Positions 15,232-28,956 of a DNA stretch of 64,000 nucleotides are shown in pieces (position 1 is the stretch's first letter; every line of letters starts with the position of its first letter). A program made the translations under genes and the position numbers. Under the pieces are notes generated by a model. The model ran no database searches. It was not told the origin of the DNA and saw nothing but the letters and a program-made list of their open reading frames with translations. The stretch is from Octopus sinensis (Eukaryota), in the NCBI RefSeq assembly GCF_006345805.1, contig NC_042999.1, positions 89,714,001 to 89,778,000 of the forward strand, in the 5' to 3' direction.

Positions 15232-15465
15232 TAGGCGGCGAGCTGGCAGAATCGTTAGCACGCCGGGCAAAATGCTTAGCAGTATTTTGTCTGCCGCTAC
15301 GCTTTGGGTTCAAATTCCACCGAGGTCGACTTTGCCTTTCGTCCTTTCGGGGGTCGATAAATAAAGTACCAGTTACGCACTGGGGTCGATGTTATCGACT
15401 TAATCCCTTTGACTGTCCTTGTTTGTCCCCTCTATGTTTAGCCCCTTGTGGGCAGTAAAGAAATA
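15232..15465 (+). mobile_element. tRNA-derived SINE, family C, with 16-bp TSD
   Basis: TATGGTGGTTGCTGCA at 15216-15231 and 15466-15481. B-box-like GGTTCAAATTCC. The central domain resembles Deu/Nin-type domains (from memory). Second copy at 42110. Confidence 0.9.
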
Positions 15466-15859
15466 TATGGTGGTTGCTGCAGAGGTGGGCAAAATTGGAA
15501 TCAGTCAGAAACCAACAGCTGCTGCTCTTCTACATTTATGATTGGTGATATTGGCCCATGTTACACATACTGTGGTTCTTGCACTAAGAATAAAGTATTA
15601 GTCTTAATACTATTGATTTCCACCTCCCTTATTTCCTCATTGGCATTACAGATTGTATCGATGACATTTCAGATGTTTCCATCCAATCTCTTGCTGTAAT
15701 CAATGGACGACGATAATATTTATCTGTTGCAATATGACAACCATCAACACGACCATCATCACCATTACTTCTATAAACAAACTCTCGTGATCATCATTAG
15801 TGCTGGCAACAACAATAGCAACGACGAAAAAGAGTATCATTTCGTTCTCCAAACAAAGG

Positions 15860-15872
15860 ATCTCTCTCTCAC

Positions 15873-15915
<43 letters not shown>

Positions 15916-16142
15916 ATTTCTTTCCCTCCTTCTGTCTTTCTTTCTCTTCTTATCTCTCCCTCTCACTCTCACTCTCTCTCTCTCTTTCGCTCTCTTTCTA
16001 TCTTTCTCTTTATCTCTCTATCTATATATCTATCGATCTATCTCTGATACTCTCGCGTTCTTTCTCTCCCCCTCTCTCTCCTTCTCTCTCCCCCTCTCTC
16101 TCTCCCTATCTCTCCCCCTCTCCCCCTCTCCCTCTCTCCCTC
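15860..16142. repeat. (CT)n-rich polypyrimidine tract
   Basis: Directly visible. Confidence 0.9.
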
Positions 16143-17212
16143 TCTCAAACACTCGCTTGATCGCTCAATAAACAAATAATCAGCGTTTAATTCGCAATAT
16201 TTTGACATGTGCTTTCATGATGGTTATCGGGCAGTGAAAACAATTGTTTATACTGATTCTGTACATGTGCCTACATGCATTATATTCATAAATAATTTAA
16301 TCTATATAGATTATAGCCGCTATTATCATACCGGCAGTGTTGAAATAGAATAAACCGATAAAATTACATGGTTTCCTTTTAAGAGAATCTGAAGATGGTG
16401 GGACTTGCTCAGTGTCATTTAATAAATATTATTATTACCCGAATAAAGCTGAACAGGAAACATAGATATTAGGGGAGAAGTTTAGAAGTGAAAAACCTGT
16501 TGATAAGAGTGGAATTTGTTAAAATGTAATGTAAATATGGTTGGATTATGGCTTGAAAATAGATTATAGGATGAAAAATTCATCCTTGATTTAAGAACAT
16601 TTTTCGATTAAGGCGATATTGCAGAAATATTGAACAAGTAGAGGTCGATTAGTTCTTGTAAAGAAACATTGATAAAGTCTTTTTTATCAAATAGTTCCAG
16701 TTGCGCGATTTCTTATCAAGAAGGCGAATTTACATAAACGATATCGCTAAATCGTTTAATGAATAGAATTAGGATTCGCTGCAGTGTTTTGCAAAGAGAA
16801 ACAATATGAAAAGAAAAATATGTGAAGAAAACGATAACAAATATAGAAGGGAAACTGATGAAAAGAAACTCAGAAGGAAGAGAGATTTTATAGAATGAAA
16901 CAGGGAAAGAATGTGAAAAAAAAAAGATTAAAGTAGTGCAGAAAAGACATGGTAGGGAAGCATCATACGCATATGCATACATCATGCAAACACATACATA
17001 TATACAGACACATACACATATGTATATGTATGTCGTTATTTAGCTTTATTTCAAGATTTCATGCCAATAGAGGAAGAACCGGTTTCTAAACTAGATCCAA
17101 GGCGCCTTCATTGGAATTTCAACATCAACAGGGTATTTTTGTATGTATGTATGTATGTATGTATGTATGTATGTATGTATGTATGTATGTATGTATGTAT
17201 GTGTGTATGTGA

Positions 17213-17470
17213 AGGCGCATTGCTCAGTAGTTAGAGCGTCGGGCTCACAATCATGAGGCAGTGAGTTCGATTCCTGGACAAAGTTGTGTGTTATGTTCTT
17301 GAGCAAGACACTTTATTTCAGTTTGCTTCAGTTCACTCAGCTGTAGAAATGAGCTCGATGTCACTGGTGCGAGCAGTATCGGCCTTTGCCTTACCCTTGG
17401 ATAAGATGGAGCGGGGAGGCTGGTATGCATGGGTGACTGCTGGTCTTCCATAAACAACCTTGCCTGGACC
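17213..17470 (+). mobile_element. SINE family B (3'-truncated)
   Basis: Aligns with the 22733 copy. Confidence 0.85.
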
Positions 17471-17559
17471 TCAAACACATAAATATTCATATATACATAC
17501 ATACATACACCTATATATGCGTGTGTATGTATATATATATGTGTGTGTACATATATATG

Positions 17560-17607
<48 letters not shown>

Positions 17608-17611
17608 ATAT

Positions 17612-17648
<37 letters not shown>

Positions 17649-18829
17649 TTTGTTTGTGTGTGTGTGTGCACATTGCTGTATTATTATCTGCCAAATTCTG
17701 CTCACAAATGGACATCGCACTTTGGGAACGAACCTGGAACTACGAGGTTATTAAGGCGAACTTCTTAACCACGCAGCAATGACTGTATCGAAGACGAACT
17801 CGTTCATAGAACAGTGAAGAGGCAATATAAGAGATATCGAGAAAAAAAGGAGTATTCATGCCATGCGAAGGGTAAAAATCAACAAATTAAGAACCAGAAA
17901 ACCAGAAAATTAATTAATGAAAATTAGTGAAGAGGAACTTTAAGAAATAAATTAATAATTCCACTCAAATGATTTATTATAATTGATTTTAAAAAATTAG
18001 AAATGCTTCATTTACATTTTGGTGGAACATTTTCAGAAATCAGATGTTATTAATATGTGTTAACTACTAAATAAAAAAATAATAATAACTTTGAGACTCA
18101 GAGAACAAAAATAAAGAGAAAGTAAATATTAGTGTGTTCATTGCTTACCTTTAGCACATCTCCTACCTCACACCTCACACATAAAACCCTCGTGTCTTGC
18201 TCTGACTACTGGAAGGTGTATTTGTTGAACTAATCTCTATGGTAATAAATCACACTAACTGTTTGGCTTACCCGCTTCCTCGACCACCGAGTGACATTCG
18301 TGAAGTGGAGAAATCGATGGTTTAATTAAAGTGGGGGCAGGAGACTTCATAATATATGCATGAATTCCTATATAAACATGTATAAGTGTAAGTTTGTATG
18401 TGTAGATATGTGTGTGTGTGTGTGTGTGGTGTGTGTCTGTGTCTGTATGTCTGTGTGTGTGTGTGTGTCTGTATGTGTGTGTGTGCGTACACGCGAGCGG
18501 TGTTCGGGAGAGAAATTAAAAAAGTAGATAAGCCTACGGATTTATACATACATACACGTGGATATATGTGGGTGTATGTGCGTGTTTGGGTGCCAGCGTG
18601 TGCAAGTGTGTGTGGAAATATATATAGTCTCCTGCAAAGAAGCAGGCGTTGGAATGTATTTATATATTTATATACGCAAGCATACGTGTACATAATGAAA
18701 TACTTGCATACTCATTCCTGAATTAGTATGTATAACAAATTCAATCACACACGCACACGCACACACATTTCATACGTGCTCACGTACATGCATGAATACA
18801 TACTTACCTACATATATACATGTATGCAT

Positions 18830-19218
18830 ACATACATGCATGCACATACACATACATACACAAACATGCGATGCATATATATATATATATATATTTACAT
18901 GCATACATACATACATACATACATCATACATACATACACATATACCCAAACATGCGATACATACATGCATACCTAAATACATACATACACACACACTCAA
19001 ACATACACAAACATACATATACACACATACACATACATACATACATACATACATACATACATACATACATACATACATACATACATACATACATACATAC
19101 ATACATACATGCATGCATACATACATACATACATACATACATACATAAATGCATGCATACATACATACATACATACATACATACATACATACATACATAC
19201 ATACATACATACATACAT
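18830..19218. repeat. Long (CATA)n microsatellite block
   Basis: Directly visible; it resumes at 19766-19830. Confidence 0.95.
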
Positions 19219-19765
19219 GGTGGCTGGCCCCTCGTTATCGAGTATGGCCATTGCACGAAGCTTAATCAATGTTGTTATCGTGCAATGCCTGTGCAAGAAG
19301 ATTTTTTTTTAAGCGAGGAAAGGCTGTGCACTGAGTCAATCTCACTAAGCAACAGCAGCCATAATCCGAAAAGAAGAACAAGTCAACATCATCGGTAACC
19401 ACTGAGCCGCAGGTTTTATGTCGGAGTTATCCCAGTTACTTGAGTTACCTTCTCCTAGAAGGATGCCCTAACAAAGGCTAGGATGCCTTCACTCCCAATG
19501 GTTTAACCGCGGGATCGGGTATTCAGTCCGATTATTTCTATGTCCCCGCGCATGATACAGCCTTAAGACATTTATTGGATGGCCGTTGACTCTCAAGAGT
19601 TCCTCCGCCCTTTGACGGGTTTTGTTTTTCATCCCGCACGGTGTCCAATAAACACCCTCCTCACCAAGCAAGCTTGGTGGGGTTGCCGGTTTAGTCGCCG
19701 ACGACTCGACCATGCAACAGGTTGTACTGGATTACATGTTACCAGTAGCACTCGAAAGTGACCTG
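19219..19765 (-). mobile_element. Probable RTE-derived non-autonomous retroelement embedded in (CATA)n
   Basis: Minus strand contains GGGCATCCTTCTAGGAGAAGGTAACTC...AAAACC, resembling RTE-clade 5' UTR motifs (from memory). No RT coding; (ATGT)n on both sides. Confidence 0.55.
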
Positions 19766-19800
19766 ACATACATACATACATACATACATACATACATACA

Positions 19801-19830
<30 letters not shown>

Positions 19831-19831
<1 letters not shown>

Positions 19832-20290
19832 CAACACAAGAAATATTAGTGGAACATTCCCATCATAATTTCTACCAAGTACAAACATAACAGACCCAAC
19901 ATGGTTATTTGGGACAATAAGAAAGGTTATGTGCAGTCTTAGAGCTTAGTTGTCCAGCAGATGCGAACAACTCTCCTAAAATCAGCGGGAAAGAGAATAT
20001 CTATGGACAACTGTTTCGAAACCTGAAATTCCTCTACCCTGATTATAAATTTACATTCGTACAAATAATCATTAATGCACTTAGTTATATTAGTAAATAT
20101 CTAAGCCACAATCTGAAGAAGCTAAGATTTTCGAGCAAAGAAAGGGACTGACTTTCATGAACTTCATAGATACATTATGGAAATGGAACAGTAAAAATAT
20201 GCACGAATTTCCTGAAGTAACAATTATTGTAACAATTATTGCTGTTTTTATCGAAATTTCCATGATGGAGATTTTGTTTCAGAAACCCTT
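19831..20290 (+). mobile_element. R4/Dong-like LINE 3' fragment (restriction-like endonuclease)
   Basis: KHNRPNMVIWDNKK...VLELSCPADAN...KENIYGQLFRNLKFLYPDYKFTFVQIIINALSY matches the RPD...E...K RLE signature. Confidence 0.75.
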
Positions 20291-20349
20291 ATAGAAGGAC
20301 ATACATGGGGATAAATATGAACAATATCTCTATTATTGAGTACATGAAC

Positions 20350-20750
20350 ATCAACACAAAACTTATTGATGGAATGTTCTCATCAAAACTTCTTCCATGT
20401 GCAAACATGACAGGTCTGATGTTATTGAGGATAGAATTTTGAACAGAGGAAATGATGAGTAACCATAGAGGCCAGCTGCTCTACAGACGCAAACAACTCT
20501 TCGAAAATCAACGAAAAGAAGAATATTTAAGGACACCTGCTTCGAAATCTTCCTTTCCAATTATCGTTAGTGCATTTGGCTATGATTTTTAGGTAAAGAA
20601 AGAAATCAGCACACATGCACATTACAAATATAATCTGGAAGTGAAAATTGTAAAAATATCCAAGACATCTAAAATTCAACATGTAGCATCGTTATTGTTA
20701 TCCAAATTCCAACAATGAAGGTTTGTTTCATGAAAAGTAGAAACATGTAT
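20350..20750 (+). mobile_element. Second degenerate R4-like RLE/3' UTR fragment
   Basis: NVLIKTSSMCKHDRSDVI and a 3' UTR similar to 20200-20290 and 47870-47950. Confidence 0.5.
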
Positions 20751-20939
20751 GTTTTTTTTTTTTTTATAAAAAAGTTTCAGAAATAAATTCTGAAAGTTAG
20801 TGGGCCTGTAAGCGAAGATTATCCAAAAGCATGTTCGGTAAATTCAGGCTTTAAGAGGAACAGTAAAAGATTTGCAAAACTTTTCTAAAACTCAACATGT
20901 TCTCGATACATGTAAACACCCATCCATATCTATGCATGT

Positions 20940-20957
20940 TCATAGACGTGTGTATGT

Positions 20958-20995
<38 letters not shown>

Positions 20996-21180
20996 GTGTA
21001 CGTGTGTGTATGTGTGAGTGTGTATGTGTGTGTGTATGTGTGTGTACGTGTGTGCATGTGTGTGTGAATGTATGTGTGTATGCATGTGTGTGTGCATGTG
21101 TATGTGTGTATGGGTGTGTGTGTGTGCGTGTGTGTATGGGTATGTATTTGTGTGTGTGTGTGTGTGTGCGCGCGCGCGTG
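20940..21180. repeat. (TG)n-rich microsatellite
   Basis: Directly visible. Confidence 0.95.
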
Positions 21181-21629
21181 ACACAAAATCAAGTGACTGA
21201 AACAGGGAAAATAGTTATTTTGATTCTTATTTCTAGTACTGTTGATTAGTACCCTTTCTTACTTTAATGACGTCTATATTTCTGCCTTTAGGTGGTAAAA
21301 TTGCGAATAAGCCACCCATATTATTCATAATTTTCACCTTTACCGTTTATGAAATCAGCGTGTGATTTCAACGGAAATCTCATACACTGACAAAGAGAAC
21401 TGAGTTTAATCCTGGGCGCGGTGAGAGTCACTGACAAGCATTAAAATGCGAAATTATCGATGATCTGGTTATGTCTGCTGCTGTAAGGAGCTTGCCTCCC
21501 TTGTCAGGTATTAATATAGTGCTTTCTGTAGCTATTGAGTTGTTTTGACTCTTATTTCTAGCTATACCGGGGCTGATTAGAGGCTTTTGTCACTTTAGTG
21601 ACGTCTGTATATGTTATTTTATTCTTTTA

Positions 21630-21824
21630 CTGTTTTCAGTCATTTGACTGCGGCCATGCTGCAGCACCGCCTTAAAGGGTTTTAGTCGAAGAAATCGACC
21701 CCAGGATTTATTCTTTGTAAACCTAGTATTTATTCTATTGGTTTCCTCTGCCGAACCGCTAAGTTACGGTGACATAAACACACCAGCATATATGTATGTA
21801 TATATATATATATGTATGTATATA

Positions 21825-21895
<71 letters not shown>

Positions 21896-22070
21896 ATATA
21901 TATATACGACGGGCTTTTTTCACTTTCTCCTCTACCAAATCAGCTCACAAAGCTTTGTTCGGCCCCAGCTATTGTAGGAGACACTTGCCCAAGGTGCCAC
22001 GCAGTGGAACTGAACCCGGAACTATGTGGTTGGAAAGCAAGCTTCTTGCCACAAAGCCACGCCTGCGCCT
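21630..22070 (-). mobile_element. SINE family A, full length
   Basis: Aligns with 12783-13220, with internal (TA)n. Confidence 0.9.
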
Positions 22071-22094
22071 AACCCTAGACGTTAAGAGTCGCTG

Positions 22095-24480
22095 ATGAGG
22101 ATTAAGGTAATCTACATCAAAATCCGAGATCATAATCCGACTATGTACGCTGGGGACTTACCTCCCTTCGTGAGCTAAGACAGTGCTTTTGTGGCATACA
22201 TACATACGTAGAAAATTAACTGAAATTCAACATGTAGGATTACTACTGTATAAACCAGAGCAGGACAGGATACTGGGTGAACAATCACAGGTCGCGGAAC
22301 TCTCGAGAGAAATTTCAATGGAGCTTCAAATTGAACCAAGACCTGTATCATTTTCACAAAAATGCTAGGTAAATTCCTTCATAGGTTAAATATAAAGGAT
22401 GAAGAATGACTGGAATCTAAAATATCCCAACTATTCTAACTTCAATATCAAACAACTACAACAGGCAACCTTTGTGAGAAAATTAGCTGTTATCTCCACT
22501 AACTATCAGAATCACACAGCAAATAAGAGTAAAACCAGTCCAGTGAATTCTTCTCCAGAGAAAATCGTAACATCACGGAACACGACCGATGCAATAACAA
22601 TAAAACTGAGACGAGTGAACAGTAACTGATCATAAACAAACAGAAATAATGATTGAAAAATACAAACAATTGAAAGAACACTACACAGCAAAAATCAAAC
22701 AAATCTTCACGACCTACATTAACAAACAAGTACGCATGGCTCAGTGGTTAGAGCGTCGAGCTTACGATCGTGAGGTTGTGAGTTCGAATCCCGGACCGGG
22801 CTGCGTGTTGTGTTCTTGAGCAAAGCACTTTATTTCACGTTGCTCCAGTTCACTCAGCTGTAGAAATGAGTTGCGACGTCACTGGTGCCAAGCTGTATCG
22901 ACCTTTGTCTTTCCCTTGGATAACACTGGTGGCGTGGAGAGGGGAGGCCGGTATGCATGGGCGACTGCTGGTCTTCCATAAAAACAACCTTGCCCAGACT
23001 TGTGCCTCAGAGGGTAACTCTCTAGGTGCAAACCCATGGTCACACATGACCGAAGGGGGTCTTTACCCCCTTTACATGAGACACGAATAATCACACAAGT
23101 CTATAGAAAACCAGCCAGCTTGTTGTTATCCGCAATAGACCAAATAGCTAAAGAACAATTAGCAAATGATTAAAAATCCAAATGTTTGGGTATTGAATGT
23201 TCTGTTATAGTGTGCTGCGATTACCATCCACCAATAGTTGAGAGTAGTGGAGATGGATCATAGTGAGGAGAAACAAAACAAAATAGATTACCTTTCTCCA
23301 GACACATTGACAGATTCAGAAAAAATATTGGACAACTAAATACAGTCATGAAGTGTAAAGTGGATAATAAATTCACAAACCACCAGCTGCAACTCTATGA
23401 TAGATTATCTAAAGTCTATGGGAACTGTCGTCAAGAAATACTAACTGGCAAGTTAAATGTTCTTAAACGAACTGCGAGCTCTAAGAAAACAATTTCATTA
23501 GAAAAAAAAACCCTGCAGAGACGAAAAGCCAGTAATCGCAAATTTGCAATAAATCCACGAGCCTAAGATCTGTACAGACGGTCTTTGAGTGCTACATTGT
23601 ATCACTTAGATAACACCTACCGAAGAACAAAAAGAGAAATGTGTACATCATGTGTATGTATACTCAATAAAGATAATGACATCATGAGGTTAGGCGAAGA
23701 ATTCCTGAACATGTAATTTGAGTTTACAGCTACACCATGTGAACCAAGTGTGGCTGAACAGAGCTATATTTTTAAAAAAAACTAGCAAGAGAAATACTCA
23801 GACAGTTGTGCATGTATACATATCCTGCAAGCTAGAAAATACCAGTAACATTGACAGGATGGTAGCTTCTCCCTGACATCACATACCATTACATTTCTTG
23901 CTATCCAAGAAAAGAAGACAGTTATAAATACCTAATCAACAAAAAAAGACCTTTAAGCCTCCATGCTGCGATAGAAAGTATCGATTGCGTCATACCATTG
24001 TGGAAGATATCACTTAACATCAATAGCGGTTTAAAAGGTCCGCGAGATACTATCTTCCCATAGGATATGACATTGTTGCTGAGACTGTTCACAATACTAA
24101 ACGCAAGACAGATTGGCCTAATTGCTATACAAAAGCAACACCATAAACAGAACCTTTAAAAATAAAGAATACTGGTAGAACATTGCAAAAACAGCAGCCC
24201 GGCGTAAGCGCAATGGGCCAAATATAGTGGAACGAGACAAGGAGAAAAAGTTGTGCATCGCTGTAGAGATCAGTTGCTCAGCTGATGTGAATATCTCCTC
24301 AAAAATTGGGGAAAGGAAAGCATCTATGGAGTGTTGGTAATAAAACTTCAGCTCTTACAAACAGGCTACGGATTTTCATTTGCTTCAGTTACCTTAAGTG
24401 CGCTGGGTTACATAATAACTGAACTACATAGAAACCTAGAAGTGCTTAGGTTCTCTAAAAAAAATGATAGGAAAAGAAAA
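22095..24480 (+). mobile_element. R4-like LINE relic apparently lacking RT, interrupted by a SINE B copy
   Basis: N-terminal-like ORF pieces (22399-22629, 23348-23566), then AIQE..KYLINK, a CCHC remnant (CDRKYRLRHTIVEDIT, about 23970), and an RLE (PNIVERDKEKKLCIAVEISCSADVNISSKI...LSALGY, about 24220-24470). Confidence 0.6.
22733..23075 (+). mobile_element. tRNA-derived SINE family B, full length
   Basis: A box TGGCTCAGTGG and B box GTTCGAATCC. Almost identical to 34488-34829. Confidence 0.92.
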
Positions 24481-24707
24481 AAGAACAGAGCAGACTGATT
24501 TACATCCTCCAGATACAATCGATTATAGGCACAGTAGAAATGTGTAAAACATTCCAGGGATTTTCTGGTTGAGGTTCCTGGATGAACATATGCACACAAT
24601 CACATTTACATAGGGAATGCATATACATGCACACATATAAACAATAATGAAATATACACACTTGGGTTCTATTGTGACACGCACATCCATAGTGCAAGTT
24701 CACACGC

Positions 24708-24806
<99 letters not shown>

Positions 24807-26589
24807 ACACACACACACACAAATACACATTGCGTATTTTATGTATATACTGACGATAGTTAGGCACCGAATGAAACAGGCTAAAAATTCTATACGAACT
24901 GAAATTAACTTACTAACTGGAACAAAAACAAAAGCACAAACAGTAATTGTTAATAACTTTCAAAGAAAAGAGATAATTTCAATAAATAAAGATTTAATTA
25001 CGCTCGAAATTAGAATGTCTTACTTACTGGGAGAAAATGTGAACTGCTTTAGCATCCAAGATTCGGATTTTATTAAACCTCTTCAACGAAGCCAGTCTTC
25101 TCCAGCTTGCTCGATCAGAGGATAGAGACGTTTATAAGTAGAAATGAATTACGAACAAAGTTTGGCACGGGTATACATATATGTTAACGGATTACGTGTC
25201 ACTGACAATGAATGCCTTTCATTTCATTGTGATATACTTTATTAACTCGAGTGTTACCTGTGGGGTCTATATATTGGGTGCAATATTTTACCTATACTAA
25301 GTAACTTCAACCGTTGGGATAAATTCTACCTATCCTTCCCACGCTGTGGCTGTAAAAATGTTTCTAGACTTATCAAGACATTGCTGCCACGTGTGACAAT
25401 TAAATCTTTTAATTCCCTCATACGTAATTTACGCCGATTTATGCTAAGTTGTAATCGTTCGAAATCCTTTGTATCAAGCTTCTCAAGATTTATTTCCGCG
25501 TGTAAAGTGTTTGGATTATTGTTATTTTGTGATAATGTCAAAGTTAATGCTATGATGTGTATTTATGAGAGGCTTTTGCAAATACTGTTTGATTGTCTTA
25601 ATATGAATATTTTGAAAACCAAACACCTTTTTATGGGTTCTATAGCTTCATTCGTATAGTCACAGCGTCAGTTGTGTTCCTGTATCGTTCACATGTGAAT
25701 AAAATATTTCCGCGTGACGAACGTACATCCGTTCGACAGTATTCAAGCAGTGACCATCTCGAAAATGCTTTCAAGATCGACAGATCGAAATTTGAAGAAA
25801 CGAATGTCACAGAAAGAATCAAGACGATTACTTCCGGGGCTGAGTTTGACAGGGAGCGATAGATGGTAGAATGGTTCCGGAAGGGAGAATCCTTGTCGTA
25901 GAGAAAGAAATAAGATGAGCTGTGACGAGCATAACCTAAAAAGAGAGGCCAAGAGCAAATTCGAAAGAGGGAGAGAGATGAGCGGATGAATCGAAAGAGA
26001 ATGTAAAGAGTGACATGTTACTGACCTTGGCAATGGTTCAACTAATGGAAAATCAAGTCGAGCCAGGGCTAAATTTTCGAAAGCTGAACGAAATCGTATC
26101 ATGTCACACGGGTAGTGAAGCTGCAGATATCTATGGGGAGACATGTGTGTGTGGTGTGTGTGTGGTGTGTGTGTGTGTGTGTGTAATTGCCGACCTAAAC
26201 TGGCATATCTGCAGTTCAATGTGACTGAGAATTTCTGGAAGCATCAGTTGGTGAAATAGAAGAATGTGATATACTGTCTGCTCAGGCTGGAGACTAGGGT
26301 TGCACTCAGCACCAAAAATCATGGAAATGGTTTTCAGGACGTTCTTGGGGGGAAATGGGCAAGGTGAAACAGACCACGTGTTCTAAAATAGATGATATCC
26401 AAGTGAATGAAAGTGCAGTGGTGGTTGTAAGTCATCTTAAGAGATTTGTGTCAACCACTAAACCTCTAGATTATATAGAAGGTTGCACTGGGACTCAATC
26501 TAGAGAGAGTGACAAGGTGAGAAAGGTCGTGTTTCAGATATGTACCGCAGAATTTCGAGGAAGATGTATGTGTGTGTGTATGTGTGTGT

Positions 26590-26663
<74 letters not shown>

Positions 26664-26899
26664 TGTGTGTGTGTGTGTGTGTAAAGGCGCGGATCGGGCG
26701 ACATGCGTTCTTGAGCAAAACACTTCATTTCACGTTGTTCCAGCCCACTCATCTGTAAATGAGTAAACGGAATAACCTTCTGATCAGGAGCAATGCTGAC
26801 CTGCTTGCCTAGCTAGCGGGGTGGTATCATTCGAAAGACAAAACAATGCAAAGCGCATTGTGTCTAGCGATGTATAAAAACATCCGATAGTTAGCTACC

Positions 26900-28050
26900 A
26901 TCATGCCGTATTCGAAAGTGAGTCATAGGTTAAAGCTTTTGAAGAATTTTCTGATTTTTTCCCGCATTCTTCCTATGACAGTTTTACTATTGTTAGGAAT
27001 AATGAACAAAGCAACATACCTATAAAGACCACTCTGCAATTCAGGGATTTCACTAAGAGATAAGCACCAACGAAATCAGTAATCTGGGCCGAGTCACTCG
27101 AACCCATAACAATACCAAAATTATTTGGGGTGTTGCACCTCGTCCATAATCTACCCTCAAATTCTATGATAGTTTTCCTAACTAAAAGAATAATATCTAT
27201 TTTATCTCTAGTTATGAGAGAGAGGCTTTTAGTAAAAATCAGGGACTTGTTTAAGAGAATAAGGGAGCTGCTAGAATAATAACTGCTAATATCAAATTGT
27301 ATAAACGAGTATTTACTTACAATTTCAATATATTTGAACCAGTGTATTACTTTATTGGTATTACACCATAATTTAAGAGATAAATTAGGAATTATTAGGG
27401 GTAATATCGTATCAAGAATGGATTTACTAAGTCGATCGATATCTGACTTAATCGGGCAAATAAGTCTAACAGAAGGATTGTCGTGAAAATTCTTTTCATG
27501 GTCTTTGAGGTTAATTTTGGATTCATTTGGCTTCATAGGTTCCGTTCTATCTACTCCGCCAGAATCCATCATAATTTCTTTAGTTTACAAATTCATATTG
27601 AAGAGATTCTTTTCCGTGGTTACTTTATATTTAGCGTTCAGTTCCTTTAATATTATTAGTCTTCTATAGGTTTCATAGTTTAGTCTATAACAAGTTCCCT
27701 GTTGTTTTCTCCGCCGGCACATGTATTCCTGTGATTTAATAAAGCGATTTAATAAAGTCTTTAAGCTTCCTCGAGTATAAGCTTCTCCTAAGTGACTATT
27801 CCTTGAATTTTATATTAGATATTAGCTCGAACAAATCTTTTTCAAAGATTTCCAGTAGTGGGCTAGCTGGAGGATTTTTTAAACTATTTTTTGACCCCCA
27901 TTTTATACTCTTTCTTCACCCTCATTTTTTTTCTATTTCTTGACCCCATTTTTGCTTTTTTATGCCACTCATTGTTGTTTTCCTATGCCACTCTAAATTA
28001 TAGTAGGCTTTAAGTATTTTCTTCCTAAGTTCATTATGCTACAATAATAG
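26900..28050 (-). mobile_element. Penelope-like element reverse transcriptase fragment
   Basis: ORF 26973-27572: LKDHEKNFHDNPSVRLICPIKS...WCNTNKVIHWFK...FIQFDISSYY...FGIVMGSSDSAQITDFVG, typical PLE RT motifs. Confidence 0.85.
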
Positions 28051-28364
28051 CAATAAGCAACGTAATTCTTTTATTCTCTAGTTGTAATGAAATATTTACT
28101 TAAAAATTATAATGGAGTATCCTGTATGTTGAAAACCTATATGGTCTTATGCATTCGAGGAGAGCGATTTATTTCAAATTGATGTAATGCTTGCATTGAT
28201 CGATTAAATGGGGCCGATTGAAATAACCGTAATCCACTAATACCTAGAAATCATTGTTATTTATTTGCTTTTGTATTGACCTAACTTCGAGTTGTGAGGA
28301 CAATACCAGACTGACTTGGAGCCTCGACTTAAGTACCTAATTCAACTGAATCTTAATTATTTAT

Positions 28365-28381
28365 ATATATATAATATATAT

Positions 28382-28425
<44 letters not shown>

Positions 28426-28479
28426 AATAGATATATATATATGTATGTAATATATATATATGTTATATATATGTATATG

Positions 28480-28510
<31 letters not shown>

Positions 28511-28521
28511 GTTTAAATATG

Positions 28522-28571
<50 letters not shown>

Positions 28572-28821
28572 GTATATATACATATATGTACATATAATAT
28601 CTGTATATATATGTGTGTGTGTGTATGTATATACTTATATGTATATGTATATATGTATATATATATATATATATGTATACATATATATGAATATATGCAT
28701 ATATATATATAAATATATGTATATATGTATATATATGTATACATTTATATATGTATATATATGTGTATATATGTATATATGTATACGCATATATGTATAT
28801 ACATATATATATATTTATATG

Positions 28822-28852
<31 letters not shown>

Positions 28853-28950
28853 CTACATTATATATATGTATATATGTGTGTGTACGTATATGTATATATA
28901 TATATATGTGTGTATACATATATATGAATACATGTATATATATAAATATA
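28365..28950. repeat. About 600-bp (TA)/(TATG) degenerate microsatellite
   Basis: Directly visible. Confidence 0.95.
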
Positions 28951-28956
28951 TGTTTA

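Noticed and set aside
18140-18330. Two strong minus-strand splice donors with a short ATG frame (MSLGGRGSG)
   Set aside because: Joining them through the 63-nt gap gives a stop, and I found no downstream exons or homology.
18322-19398. Long HT/YI/CV-rich ORFs here and at 12.9, 17.5, 20.9, 21.8, 24.6, 26.5, 28.4, 31.2, 33.9 and 42.6 kb
   Set aside because: They are translations of microsatellites that lack stop codons, not genes.
19660-19765. HDV-like ribozyme at the 5' end of the RTE-like element
   Set aside because: A near-P1 (GTGCTAC/GTTGCAT+GG), a P4-like hairpin and CTAA are present, but I could not build a valid P3/L3. Not claimed without a structural search.
22733-22800. tRNA-like sequences with A and B boxes
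   Set aside because: They continue into shared multi-copy SINE bodies and lack a complete cloverleaf or terminator, so they are SINE heads rather than tRNA genes.
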